A stretch of 64,000 nucleotides of DNA, taken from NCBI GenBank assembly GCA_963664705.1, contig OY761556.1, positions 2,976,001-3,040,000 on the forward strand, written 5' to 3'. A program made the translations under genes and the position numbers. This stretch comes from Acidobacteriota bacterium. Its GTDB lineage: Bacteria > Acidobacteriota > UBA6911. This document shows positions 30,297 to 40,980 of the stretch, piece by piece. The notes beneath the pieces were generated by a model. That model was not told the DNA's origin. It worked only from the letters and a program-made list of their open reading frames with translations, and did not search any database. How positions within the stretch are numbered: position 1 is the stretch's first letter; every line of letters begins with the position of its first letter.

Positions 30297-30688
30297 GGCT
30301 GTCTCTCCTTTTTATGGATTCTCATCAGTAAAATCGAATGAATGATGATGTCATCCTAGCACAATGCGAGGCCGGCGAAGCAGCGAAACAGCGGATGTGT
30401 CTTTCCGAAAATTTGAGGGGGGCTTCACGGCACAAAACGGAGGTGAAGCCCTCACGAATTCCACCAATCGAACCATGCCGGGGGCACAGTCTGTAAAGTG
30501 AATTGAATTCGTGGCATTTAATTAGCCGTATTTTCCACTATTGCCACTCCCATAAATTGTGCCCAATCTGTAAAAGACAGTTTTGTTTATCTCCATCAAA
30601 AAGCTGTCGATATGGACATCGTGGAGATAAAAACAGGGATGTGCTTGTGTAGCAAACCCTGATCTGAGATATATAAGGAAATACCCTC

Positions 30689-30925
30689 ATGAATTGTCCA
30701 AAACTGAGCCTATGCCCTTTTTACAACGACAAAATGCCGATGGAAAGCGGTCTTGGCGCCATCTACAAGAAAAAATATTGCATGGGCAGCAATAAAAACT
30801 GCGCCCGATGGCTGGTGCTTCAGAATCTTGGACCGGAACATGTACCTGCCAACCTCTATCCCAGTATGCTTGATGTTGCCAGCCAACTCATCGAATCCGG
30901 GGGAAAGCTTCCTAGCAACGAGTAG
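30689..30925 (+). CDS. Small four-Cys protein (putative metal-binding)
   Basis: C-x5-CPFY...YC-x6-CARW; AAGGA RBS. Confidence 0.7.
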   Translation: MNCPKLSLCPFYNDKMPMESGLGAIYKKKYCMGSNKNCARWLVLQNLGPEHVPANLYPSMLDVASQLIESGGKLPSNE

Positions 30926-31187
30926 GCCTGTGGCGCTCAAGCTCCCGGTGTGAATTTGCCAACCATCGGCTATCTCGAACCAAATCCATAATTCCCTCTT
31001 GTACCGCCCTGGCCGCGCCACGATAATTATTGAGTTCCTAATTTGTATAGCAGCTTTTAAAGGCTTATTCATTCAATCGTTCACTCGGCAGCGGCGCATG
31101 ACAGAGGCCCTTCCGGTGTTCGTTTCTGAGGCCGTCGTGCTAGCGCATCAAACGACGCGATTTCGCGGGTAATGAGCGAGCATTCCT

Positions 31188-34100
31188 ATGGGTAGCAAAA
31201 GCAAACTAGGAAAAAATCACACCCAAACGATTGAAGAACTTCGGGTTCGTCGAAAAAATGCCAAGGCAGTCCCGCGCCGCAGCAAAGGCCTGGCCAAGCC
31301 CGATACCCGATCAACGGCCGGAGAGGAAAGGCTTTCCCCACTAATCGACAGCATTCAGGATGAAGTATGGTTCGTTGATTTGAACGGCAAGCTTATTTTG
31401 ACCAACCGTGCCGTCAAGGAGGAATTTGGCGCGGACCTTACGGATGAAGAGATTCAGGAAATTGCCTCCGGCTTTGAAGTATACCGTCTCGACGGCACGC
31501 CTCGTCCTATTGACGAGGCACCGCCACTGAGAGCGCTCAATGGTGAAATCGTAAAAAACTGCGAGGAGATTGTCCGAACACCGGCAAATGGAGTCTTGCG
31601 CCATCGGCAGGTGAATGCAGCCCCGGTCAGGAACAGCAACGGTGAAATCATCGGCTCGGTATCCGTGGTGCGCGACGTTACGAGTCAGAAGCAGGCAGAG
31701 GAATCCTTGCGGCAGAGCGAGGAACAATACCGACTGCTCTTTGCAGCCAATCCCAATCCCATGTTCGTGTTCGATGAGGAAACGCTGCAATTCCTGGCAG
31801 TGAACGATGCTGCCATCAAGCACTATGGCTGGACCAAAGAAGAGTTCCTTGCCATGAGCATCCTGGATATCCGTCCCCTCGAAGATCGGCCCATAGCCCT
31901 GGATGCGATCCGGCAATACATGGGCGCACGCGAGGCTCGCATCGGAGTACTCCGACATTGCCGCAAAGACGGTTCGATAATGTTCATGGAGATCAGCGTC
32001 ACTTCCATTTCATTCTCCGGGCGCCCCAGCCGGCTTTGCTCGATGACCGATATCACGGAACGGGAAAGGGATCGGGCCGCGCTCAGGGAAAGCGAAGAAA
32101 GATTTGCCATCGCGTTTCATGCCGGCCCGATGGCCATCGTCATTGGTCGCCTCGCAGACGCACGCTTTCTGGACGTGAATGAGGCTTTTGTACGCACGCT
32201 GGGATATTCGAGAGAGGAGGTCATTGGCCATACGGCCGCTGAATTGAACATCAATACGGAGCCCGCCCATCGGGAGGAAATCCTGCAGTTGCTCCGAATA
32301 GGAGGCACAGCGCGCGGACGCGAAGCAACCTTTCGAACCAGAGACGGCCAACTTCGAAGAGTCCTTTTCTCCAGTGCATCCATCAAGATCAACAACGAGG
32401 ATTGTTTCCTCTCGGTTTTTCTGGACATTACCGAGCGCAAAGCAGCCGAGCAGGCGGTCGCAGAACAGGCACGGCTGCTCGATTTGAGCAGTGACGCCAT
32501 CATTGTACGTGATGACGACGACAGGATTACCTATTGGAACAAGGGCGCGCAAGGCCTGTATGGCTATGCGCCGGAGGAGGCATTGGGCAGCGTCTCCCAT
32601 GCATTGCTCCGAACGGATTTCCCTTCATCGCTGAGCGCTATCAAGGAGAAGTTATATCGCGAGGGACGATGGGGGGGCGAACTGGTTCATTCCCGAAAGG
32701 ACGGCTCCAAGGTATCCACAATGAGCCGATGGGTACTGGATCGCAATGCCAAAGGAAATCATGCTTCCATCCTGGAAACCAATACGGATGTTACCGAACG
32801 CAAACAGGCAGAGCAGGAGAGAACCCGCCTAGCCTCTTTCCCAATCCTGAACCCGAATCCGATCATCGAATCGAGCCTCGATGGAACCATCCTTTTTGCA
32901 AACCCTGCCGCACTCCGTCTTTTTCCCGATCTATACCAGCGCGGAGTGAGCCACCCCTATGTTGCAGACTGGGAGCTTTTGAAGGACGCCTGCACTCTTG
33001 GAAAAACCGTCCACCGAGACGTCTCTCTGGCGCAACGATGGTATCAGCAGATTTTTCACTATCTGGAGGATTTCCAGAGGATCCGGATCTATGGAACAGA
33101 CATTACGGAGCGCAAGCTGGCAGAGGATGCCCTCAATAGAGCTAACTCGGACCTGGAACAAAAGGTTGCGGAACGAACACACGAGCTGGCGCAGAGAGCG
33201 GCCCAGCTTCGTGCATTGGCCGGCGAACTGACCATTGCCGAACATCGAGAGCGGACACGGCTGGCAACCGTTTTGCACGATCACCTCCAGCAGTTGCTCG
33301 TTGGGGCAAAGTTCCGTCTTTCCGTGCTTGGTAGAACGGGAGAAGAAGCAGCCAATGAAGCCAGGGAGATCGAGGATTTGATTGATGAATCCATCCGGTC
33401 GTCCAGATCCCTCACCGCGGAATTGAGCCCTCCAATCCTTCACAATGCCGGGCTGAATGCCGGCCTTGAATGGCTGGGAAGACGAATGGCCGATACCCAG
33501 GGACTTTTCGTGGATCTGAAAGCCGAGAAGCTTGTCTCTCTGCCCGACGATATAACCATTCTACTTTTTCAGTCCATCCGTGAACTCCTGTTTAACGTGG
33601 CCAAACACGCCAAAGCCCATTCTGCGCGCGTTGAACTGCGGTATATGGGAGGAACCATCCAAGCCACTATATTAGACCAGGGGGTCGGGTTTGATCCCAA
33701 TTCATTGCCTCCCGCAGGCGAAGGAGGCAGAGGATTCGGGTTGTTCAGCGTGCGCGAACGCGTCGAACTCTTCGGAGGAAAGCTGGAAGTCAAGAGTTCT
33801 CCCGGTAAAGGAACAAGGCTAATCATCTCCGTACCCATTTCGCGAACCGCACAACCGATGCGCGCAGCAGCGCAGGCCGTCCGGAAATCCGCAACTCGAG
33901 ACGGAACAGTTCACCCGCCGGAAGACCGCAAAATACGCGTATTGCTCGCCGACGATCACGCTGTTGTGCGACAGGGCATTGCCAGCCTTCTTGGCGACGA
34001 ACCGGATATCGAAATTATCGGCACGGTCTCGGACGGGCAGGAAGCAGTGGACACAACCCCGAATCTATTGCCGGACGTGATCCTTATGGACTTGAGCATG

Positions 34101-34331
34101 CCCAGGCTGAATGGAATCGAAGCAACACGCCTTATTCACGCGAGATTCCCGGAAATCCGCATAATCGGATTATCCATGTTTGAGGAAGCCGAAAGTGCAC
34201 AAACTATGCGCGACGCGGGTGCAGTCGACTATCTTTCCAAAAGCGGCCCGGCTGCGGACTTGATTCATGCGATCAAATCCGGTCGTAGAACGCCCACCTC
34301 CCGCAAACGTGGACGCAGGAGTAAAGCATAA
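31188..34331 (+). CDS. Cytoplasmic multi-PAS hybrid histidine kinase (HisKA_3 + HATPase + C-terminal receiver)
   Basis: About five PAS/PAC repeats ending D(V/I)TERK-like; LHDHLQQ, ELLFNVAKHA, DQGVGF and GFGL motifs; receiver LADDH...LMDLSMP...K. Confidence 0.92.
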   Translation: MGSKSKLGKNHTQTIEELRVRRKNAKAVPRRSKGLAKPDTRSTAGEERLSPLIDSIQDEVWFVDLNGKLILTNRAVKEEFGADLTDEEIQEIASGFEVYRLDGTPRPIDEAPPLRALNGEIVKNCEEIVRTPANGVLRHRQVNAAPVRNSNGEIIGSVSVVRDVTSQKQAEESLRQSEEQYRLLFAANPNPMFVFDEETLQFLAVNDAAIKHYGWTKEEFLAMSILDIRPLEDRPIALDAIRQYMGAREARIGVLRHCRKDGSIMFMEISVTSISFSGRPSRLCSMTDITERERDRAALRESEERFAIAFHAGPMAIVIGRLADARFLDVNEAFVRTLGYSREEVIGHTAAELNINTEPAHREEILQLLRIGGTARGREATFRTRDGQLRRVLFSSASIKINNEDCFLSVFLDITERKAAEQAVAEQARLLDLSSDAIIVRDDDDRITYWNKGAQGLYGYAPEEALGSVSHALLRTDFPSSLSAIKEKLYREGRWGGELVHSRKDGSKVSTMSRWVLDRNAKGNHASILETNTDVTERKQAEQERTRLASFPILNPNPIIESSLDGTILFANPAALRLFPDLYQRGVSHPYVADWELLKDACTLGKTVHRDVSLAQRWYQQIFHYLEDFQRIRIYGTDITERKLAEDALNRANSDLEQKVAERTHELAQRAAQLRALAGELTIAEHRERTRLATVLHDHLQQLLVGAKFRLSVLGRTGEEAANEAREIEDLIDESIRSSRSLTAELSPPILHNAGLNAGLEWLGRRMADTQGLFVDLKAEKLVSLPDDITILLFQSIRELLFNVAKHAKAHSARVELRYMGGTIQATILDQGVGFDPNSLPPAGEGGRGFGLFSVRERVELFGGKLEVKSSPGKGTRLIISVPISRTAQPMRAAAQAVRKSATRDGTVHPPEDRKIRVLLADDHAVVRQGIASLLGDEPDIEIIGTVSDGQEAVDTTPNLLPDVILMDLSMPRLNGIEATRLIHARFPEIRIIGLSMFEEAESAQTMRDAGAVDYLSKSGPAADLIHAIKSGRRTPTSRKRGRRSKA

Positions 34332-34385
34332 CTTCCGCCTTTAGCAGGCCGACGCCAATCGATTCCCGGTTATTATTATCCTTGA

Positions 34386-34413
34386 TTGAACCTTACACTG
34401 GTTTTAGTATAAT
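34386..34413 (+). promoter_or_regulatory. Candidate sigma70 promoter for the AOR gene
   Basis: TTGAAC-16 bp-TATAAT. Confidence 0.55.
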
Positions 34414-34560
34414 CTCCCAATAGATACGTTGGTTATTAGGAGAAACCTGCAAAGCAGAACAAGCTGATTTCTTTGCCGTGTCCGTCCTGTGAAGAAAAGC
34501 GAACTGCGCCGCTTCGCCCGGCGCGGGTGGCGAACCGGCAGAGAGATTCGAGGTATTGCC

Positions 34561-36615
34561 ATGGCTGGAGGATATTCGGGAAAAATCCTAAGGGTTCATC
34601 TGTCTGAAGGAAAAACCGACACCATCCCAACTTCCAAATACGAGGAATTCGGCGGAGGTTTGGGCATAGGAGCGGCAATTTTCTGGGACCTGTGCGTGGC
34701 GCCAGGGCATTGGGATCTGATGGATGCCTTTGATCCGAACAATGTCATTACTCTGATGACCGGCCCTCTGGCCGGAACGGGGATCTATTCCGCCAGCCGC
34801 ACGAGTGTTTCGGGCCTGGCTCCGCAGTCCTGGCCGGTCAATTGGTTCTCCCACAGCAATTTTGGCGGCACTTTTGCAGCCTTCCTGAAATTTGCCGGAT
34901 GGGATGGCATTGTGCTTGAAGGAAAATCAGCAGCGCCGGTTTATCTCAATATTATCGATGAGAAGGTAACAATCGAAGACGCGAAGGATCTGTGGGGACT
35001 GGATACCTGGAATACACAGGAAGAAATATGGAAAGCGCATAGTCAGAAAAGCAACATCCGCTACGGGGAAGATTGGCAGAATCTGGAGGGCCGCTACACC
35101 ATTCAAAGGCCGTCCATCATCGCCATCGGCCCTGCCGGTGAAAATAAATCGCGCATTGCGTCCCTGATTCATGGCGGTGGCTCCGGCGCCGGCCAGGGCG
35201 GCTTCGGAGGCGTCTTTGGAGCCAAAAATCTGAAGGCCATCGCCGTATTAGGCACCGGCTCCGTCAAACCGGCAAATCCCAAAGATGTTATGAAGGCCCG
35301 TGACTGGATTGAAACCAACTGGCCTTCGCCGCGCAGACAGGGTGCGGGCAGCATCTCTTCATGCTGCTACGGGTGCAATCGAGGCTGCCATTCCAGGGAG
35401 CCTGTCTATGGCCAGGATTCGGACGCCTGTGCCGAATCGACGTGGTTCAATCCTCCCCCGCCGTTTAAACCTCCCGCGGCAAAAGACCGGTGGAAAGCCA
35501 CCGATCTGATTCAACAGCTCGGCATCAACGGCTCGGAACTGTCCTATATTGGTTCCAGGAGTTTCCCGAGTCCTCCCGGCCATCCAATCCAGCCGGTGAT
35601 CCCCTCCAAAACCGGCACGGCCTGGTACCTGAAAAAGGCTTACGACCTTGGCGTCATCGGGCCGGGCAAAAAGATAGACACTTATCCGCTTCCCATGGAG
35701 CTTTGGGATCAGGTGGAATTTGCCGAGATCTTTGCCAAAGCGATTGCCAGGCGCATCGGCATTGGGGATCTGCTGGCTGAAGGAACGGTGCGTTTCGCGG
35801 AGAAAATCGGTCGGATACAGGATACCGAAAGCATTCTCCGATACCCCGCCTGGGGATATGTGGACCATTGGACAATGCCGAATGTGGAATGGGCCTATGG
35901 CACGCTGGTGGATTCCAGAGATATCAACAATCATGATTTATCGCTCGCACCTGTCAAAACGATGTCCTGCGAGGAGTATGTGAAACTGCTCGCGTCGGCT
36001 TGCCTTCCGCACAACGATGATCCTTTTATGTTTGATTATAGCTGGCAGGGCGAACAGGCCTACAAAACGGGCATCTACTCCGACCATAAAGCCAAATTTA
36101 TCGCATGGCGCCAGCACTATGCCATGTTCTACAAGGAATCGATGCTCTTCTGCGACTGGGTGTTCGCCAATGCCTACAGCGCAAACGCAAAAAACGGCCG
36201 CGGCCCGACACCGGAGGCGGAACCTGTCATGGTCAACGCGGTCACAGGGAAAAACCTGAGTTTTGTCGACGGGATAGAAACAGGACGAAAAACCTGGAAT
36301 GTGATCCGAGCGATATTCACCCTGCAGGGCAAAAATCGAGACACCGAAAAATTCTCCGGATACATGTATAAGCCGGGGGCGTCCAAGGCGCACTATTCAA
36401 CTTCCATTCCCGTTTTTGATGGAAGCAACTGGGCATGGATTGACTGCAGCGATCTTTACCTCGACCGTGAGGGGGTGGAGCGCTGGAAAACGGCATTCTA
36501 CAGCATTGAAGGCTGGGATCCGAAAACCGGTCATCCCAAACGCGATACTCTGCAAAAGCTGGGTCTGTCGCATGTGGCGGACGTGCTTGAAAAGAGAGGC
36601 AAACTGGGCGCCTGA
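34561..36615 (+). CDS. Aldehyde:ferredoxin oxidoreductase family (tungstopterin) enzyme
   Basis: GYSGKILRVHL, TGPLAGT, LKFAGWDGI, IGPAGEN, KNLKAI, CxxCxxxC, LAEG and GWDPKTGHP motifs. Confidence 0.9.
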   Translation: MAGGYSGKILRVHLSEGKTDTIPTSKYEEFGGGLGIGAAIFWDLCVAPGHWDLMDAFDPNNVITLMTGPLAGTGIYSASRTSVSGLAPQSWPVNWFSHSNFGGTFAAFLKFAGWDGIVLEGKSAAPVYLNIIDEKVTIEDAKDLWGLDTWNTQEEIWKAHSQKSNIRYGEDWQNLEGRYTIQRPSIIAIGPAGENKSRIASLIHGGGSGAGQGGFGGVFGAKNLKAIAVLGTGSVKPANPKDVMKARDWIETNWPSPRRQGAGSISSCCYGCNRGCHSREPVYGQDSDACAESTWFNPPPPFKPPAAKDRWKATDLIQQLGINGSELSYIGSRSFPSPPGHPIQPVIPSKTGTAWYLKKAYDLGVIGPGKKIDTYPLPMELWDQVEFAEIFAKAIARRIGIGDLLAEGTVRFAEKIGRIQDTESILRYPAWGYVDHWTMPNVEWAYGTLVDSRDINNHDLSLAPVKTMSCEEYVKLLASACLPHNDDPFMFDYSWQGEQAYKTGIYSDHKAKFIAWRQHYAMFYKESMLFCDWVFANAYSANAKNGRGPTPEAEPVMVNAVTGKNLSFVDGIETGRKTWNVIRAIFTLQGKNRDTEKFSGYMYKPGASKAHYSTSIPVFDGSNWAWIDCSDLYLDREGVERWKTAFYSIEGWDPKTGHPKRDTLQKLGLSHVADVLEKRGKLGA

Positions 36616-36623
36616 TATGTGGG

Positions 36624-36657
36624 ACCAGCGGCCGATACGGGCTATTTGGCCGCTGGT
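36624..36657 (+). terminator. Hairpin after the AOR gene
   Basis: ACCAGCGGCC / GGCCGCTGGT arms; no clear U-tract. Confidence 0.5.
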
Positions 36658-36823
36658 TCAGCAAGCGCCGGAATAGGCGGTCCTCTCCTCTGGTGCGGCA
36701 CTTCGACTGCAGCTATCACCCCTCGCATATCTTGCTTTATTTCCAGCAGAAAACCGCTCTACAATGAGCCGGACTGAACCATCGACCCGCAATCCTTCCA
36801 GGAAACGAAAGGAAACGCATGTT

Positions 36824-39205
36824 ATGGCGGACTTAGCAGGAACCAACGGAACCAGAAAAGAATTCAAGGTGGTCGGAAAACCGAATCTCCCGGGCGTGTT
36901 GTCCTGGTCACAGGCAACCGGCGTCGCAAAATACGGCATCGATGTAGTCGTGGCCAACATGCTGCACGCCAAATTCCTCCGCAGCCCCTATGCAAACGCT
37001 CGCATCAAGAGCATGGACACGACGAAAGCCAAGGCCATTCCCGGCGTTGTCGACATCGTCACCTGGGAAGATGCGGATCTCAAGCACCTGTCCAGCGGTG
37101 GAGACGGCGGCTTCATGATGGGCCCGACGCAGGCGTTTCTGGATAACCAGGCCGATCAGGAAGGAGCGGAAGTGGGCGCCATCGTCGTCGCCGAAAGCGA
37201 AGACCTTTGCGAAGAGGCGCTGCGGGCTCTCGTCGTGGAATGGGAGGAATTGCCATTTGTCGTTGACCTGCGAAAAGGACGTGCTTCCGATGCGCCGGTC
37301 ATCAGGCCATCCTCCCCGGCAGGAAAAGCCGGCTCCGGCGGCGGCTTCGGAATGGGAGGAGGCAACAATCCCCCCAAAAAGGGCAATGTGAGCTATTCCA
37401 ACACCAACGACGGGGATATCGAAAAAGGGTTCAAGGAAGCGGATCACATCATCGAATATGACATGAATACCTCCGCTTTTTCCGGGCATATCCCCAATCC
37501 GTTGGGTACGGTCGCCTGGTGGTTTGACGACCCCCTGCGCGGTGAGGGAAAGAATCTGCAAATCGAAGGCGTTCCCTGGGGACACGACCAGGTTTCCAGC
37601 ATGAACCGTGTAGCTCCGGACAAGGTCTTCCAGAATTGCATGTTCGTAGGCGGGCGGTACTGTGACTGGGGCATCCGTAAATCCCAACAGGTCACGCCTA
37701 TGCTGGCCAAAAGAACCGGAAGACCGGTGCGATGCGTCAACCGGCGCACGGACATGTATGATTTTAACCTGTGCCAGCGCTATGTGCATATGAAGGTCGG
37801 ATTCAAAAGCAACGGTCTGATTACGGCTATCGATGACTTTTCCATTGCGGATGGCGGAATCCGGGGCAGTTCCATTTTCGGCAACACGATGGACCAGACC
37901 TACGGGCCCTATTTCACCACCCGCTGCCTGAACATCAAGCAGAGCATGGAGGTTGTCGACAGCAATACCGGAATGATGTATGTCAGCGGCCAGCATAACC
38001 CAATGGGCTGGGACACGCTGATGGTAGGGTTTTACCTGATTGCGGATAAGCTGGGCAAGGACCCGATAGAAATCGCAACGCTGAATCTCCATGGACCGGA
38101 ATCCCAAACCGATCCGAATCCGGTCCCCAGCTATGAGGCCTGTGTTGCATCCGTAAAAAAGATGATGAACTGGAACTGGCACAAAGCTGGCGCCAAAAAG
38201 ATGTCGGACGGCCGCATGCACGGGGCAAGCTTCCGGTACAACCAGTGCCCTCGCCATTCAGGAGCATCGTTCAATCCGAAACTCGAGCTTCGAAACGGCA
38301 TAGTGCATCTCGCATCCAAGGGGCCCATCATCGGCCACTATGGATTGGAAGCCAATGCGATGACGGCGGCGGAAGAACTTGGACTCGAATACAAGGACAT
38401 CCGCATTGATCTGGATCACCACGAGATTTACCGGCCGTTTGGCGGCGGTAGTGACGGATCCACCGCTTCTTCATGGGCTGTGAAGGAATGCGCGAATAAG
38501 CTCAGAAAGCTGATTCTGGAAACGGCAATCGAGGAGGCAAACACGCCTCCCGCGACCGGTGGCATCATGATGGGGGGCCCCGCGAAACAGGCTCCAAATC
38601 CTTTCAAGGGCCTGAAGCCGGAAGACCTCGACATGCAGGGCGGCAAAGTTATTGTCAAAGCCGATCCGAGCAAGGGACTTCCCCTGGCTCAAGCCGTCCG
38701 ATCCAATCTGTTCGCGACATTTTCGGGCAGACCGCCGCTGTCCCTCTGGAACCAGCGGGGCAAGGCGCTGGACACGATGAATGCAGCCACATGCGAGGTA
38801 GCCGTAGATACGGAAACCGGAGAGGTGGAGATTCTTCGTTATGGCGTTGCCGCGGATCCCGGAAAAATCATGCGACGGACATCCCTGGAAAGCCAGATCG
38901 ACCAGGCGATGGACTTTACTACCGGATGCCAGCTTCAGGAGGAGTTTGTCTACGACCCCAAAACCGGAGTAAGACTCAGCACGAATATGTTTGAGTACAA
39001 GAAGGTCAGCATGCTCGACATGCCCCGGGTAGACCTGGAACTTCTGGAAACGCGCGTAGGCAATGCCTGCTACGGCGCCAACGGCATCAGCCACTCCCTG
39101 ACCAACACCCATCTCGTCATCATGGCAATTCACAATGCGATCGGCAAATGGGTAGAATCGCCGGCCACGCCGGAGAAAGTTCTCAAAGCTTTGGGTAAGG
39201 CCTAG
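36824..39205 (+). CDS. Xanthine dehydrogenase family molybdopterin-binding subunit (divergent), copy 1
   Basis: ATGVAKYGID, MLHAKFLRSPYANARI, GFKEADHIIE, EVAVDTETGEV and PATPEKVLKAL motifs. Confidence 0.9.
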   Translation: MADLAGTNGTRKEFKVVGKPNLPGVLSWSQATGVAKYGIDVVVANMLHAKFLRSPYANARIKSMDTTKAKAIPGVVDIVTWEDADLKHLSSGGDGGFMMGPTQAFLDNQADQEGAEVGAIVVAESEDLCEEALRALVVEWEELPFVVDLRKGRASDAPVIRPSSPAGKAGSGGGFGMGGGNNPPKKGNVSYSNTNDGDIEKGFKEADHIIEYDMNTSAFSGHIPNPLGTVAWWFDDPLRGEGKNLQIEGVPWGHDQVSSMNRVAPDKVFQNCMFVGGRYCDWGIRKSQQVTPMLAKRTGRPVRCVNRRTDMYDFNLCQRYVHMKVGFKSNGLITAIDDFSIADGGIRGSSIFGNTMDQTYGPYFTTRCLNIKQSMEVVDSNTGMMYVSGQHNPMGWDTLMVGFYLIADKLGKDPIEIATLNLHGPESQTDPNPVPSYEACVASVKKMMNWNWHKAGAKKMSDGRMHGASFRYNQCPRHSGASFNPKLELRNGIVHLASKGPIIGHYGLEANAMTAAEELGLEYKDIRIDLDHHEIYRPFGGGSDGSTASSWAVKECANKLRKLILETAIEEANTPPATGGIMMGGPAKQAPNPFKGLKPEDLDMQGGKVIVKADPSKGLPLAQAVRSNLFATFSGRPPLSLWNQRGKALDTMNAATCEVAVDTETGEVEILRYGVAADPGKIMRRTSLESQIDQAMDFTTGCQLQEEFVYDPKTGVRLSTNMFEYKKVSMLDMPRVDLELLETRVGNACYGANGISHSLTNTHLVIMAIHNAIGKWVESPATPEKVLKALGKA

Positions 39206-39215
39206 CGGATTGCGG

Positions 39216-39250
39216 AGTCCAGATTCCAGACCAGGTCTGGAATCTGGACT
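39216..39250. repeat. Perfect 17-bp-arm palindrome between convergent genes
   Basis: AGTCCAGATTCCAGACC-A-GGTCTGGAATCTGGACT. Confidence 0.85.
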
Positions 39251-39264
39251 TGCTGTCGGAGGGC

Positions 39265-40980
39265 TTAATACTTTTCGTAATTCGGTTTGAGATTTTTGTA
39301 CTTCGCCACCAGCTTGTCCCAGGTCTTCGGTAATTCAATCTTTTTTGTGATGAGGGAATTTTCGAAGAACGCGGGGCCAACACTCCTAAGCAGGCCAATA
39401 AACGAACCCGGCCCACCGGCAACCACGATCATGAGGTTATCGGTGTCCAGCTTTGTGGGGGCGGCAGTGTTCGTAAAACCGGCAATGCTCTGAGCGGGAG
39501 CGGCATGATCCGCGATGTACTCTTTGACTTTCTGCTTCGTGTATCCTTCACTCGACAATACCTTTGCCCATGAAGGGATGAGAATGACGCTGGACATGCT
39601 GGTGGTTCCCATGCTCACGAGCGTATCCAGAATCCCCTTAGCATTGGTTCCGCTCGGAACCGTCTGAATGAAAGTATTGGGAAAAAACACCGTAAGCGTG
39701 CTGTCTTCTTTTTTGAAGCCGCGCTCAACGCTGAGCGGTTCCCAGGGACTTTCTTCTTCATCCTCGCCAATGACAAGGCTGTACTTGCCCGGATTGCCGA
39801 TGACGCCCATGTCCTCGACAGCTTTTCTTGCCCCGCCGATATTCTTGACAATCAGCCCGATGGACCGACCGATGGCAGCATTGGCAATATTTCCCGGACT
39901 CAAAGAACCTGAACTGCAATTGACGTTGATATCTCTTCTGATCCTGCCGCTGATAGTAAGAGAGGGCGCCCACGAACCGGTGCTCACCTCAAACGTATCA
40001 AACCTGGATTTGGGCTCGGCGAAAGACTGCACTGCGGCAATCAGAACCGGCATATAGGTAGGAAGCGCACCGGCCATCACCGCGTTTATCGCGATTTTTT
40101 CAACCGTAGCCTTTCCCTTCCTCGGAATGATCGTTGCCACGATGTGGTCGGGAGGCAGATCCGTCCCGGTCAGCATCTCGGCAACCGCTTCCTCGGTCGG
40201 AGGAATGATCGGCAGTCCGTCGGTCCATCCTTTGCTGTAATAGAACCGGTTGACATCCTGAAGACTTCCTTTGAACGCGACTCTCGGCGTCTTGCCTGTT
40301 TGCAGCTTTGGAGATTTCTCTTCGGCCGTCAGCGGGCTGGTCAGGCCTTCAACCACATTCTTCATCGCCGCCGCTATTCCCTCTTCTATATCTGGAATAA
40401 CAGTGGATTCACAAGCCACGGATTCTCCTACAACTCTGATTCCGGGCATTCCTTTGCTGGACGCAGCAGAGTGGGCATCGGTAACAAACCCATTATTTGC
40501 CAGTAACACGACTGGCTTGCCAAAGTCCTCGATCGCGATGCCGTTGTAGACGAGGAACTTTGTGCAGGACCCTCAATCACCTACGACGCCGATGACGGCA
40601 TCTACCCCTTTCGCCCATGCTGTGAATTTCTCTTTGTTCTTTGTTTCGATCTCGTTGACATTCGGTTCCGTGGAATTGAACACGATTATTTGAATGTCCG
40701 GATACATGGACTTCAGTCTTTTTTGGAGCGACTCCGCGATCGGCGCAGCCGCCCGCTTTGGATTGACGAATAATCCTATCTTCTTTCCCGCGAGGGTTGG
40801 AATCCTGGGGGAAATTCCCCGTAGCGGGATGGGATCAACATCCGCCCAGGGACTGAGAACTTCAAACTGAGTATTCGGCGCCTTGGATTTGGAGCTTTCA
40901 GTCCCTTGAGCCCTGGATGGTTCCTGGGCTGCCAGAACGGCAAAAAGTCCAATGGAAAGCGCCGCCAAAAATTTACGCAT
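39265..40980 (-). CDS. UGSC-family selenoprotein, exported; Sec at TGA 40573-40575 (residue 136 of 571)
   Basis: ORFs 40573-41001 and 39265-40509 are in one frame: GVVGD-TGA-GSCTKFLVYNGIAIEDFGKPVVLL gives the canonical UGSC motif. Signal peptide; GWTDGLPIIPPT and NAVMAGA in the C-terminal domain. Confidence 0.9.

Noticed and set aside
30512-30526. Sigma54 promoter TGGCATTTAATTAGC
   Set aside because: The GG/GC spacing fits, but the -12 box is mismatched and there is no enhancer-binding protein in the window.
34414-36823. Moco/Wco riboswitch in the leaders of AOR or XDH copy 1
   Set aside because: Only weak local hairpins are visible and I cannot support the consensus by eye; an Rfam cmscan would decide it.
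21845-40575. Alternative genetic code (UGA = Trp or Gly) as the explanation for the in-frame TGAs
   Set aside because: Many genes end properly at TGA (e.g. 878, 2231, 11201, 36615), and the only read-through cases I found are in UxxC motifs.
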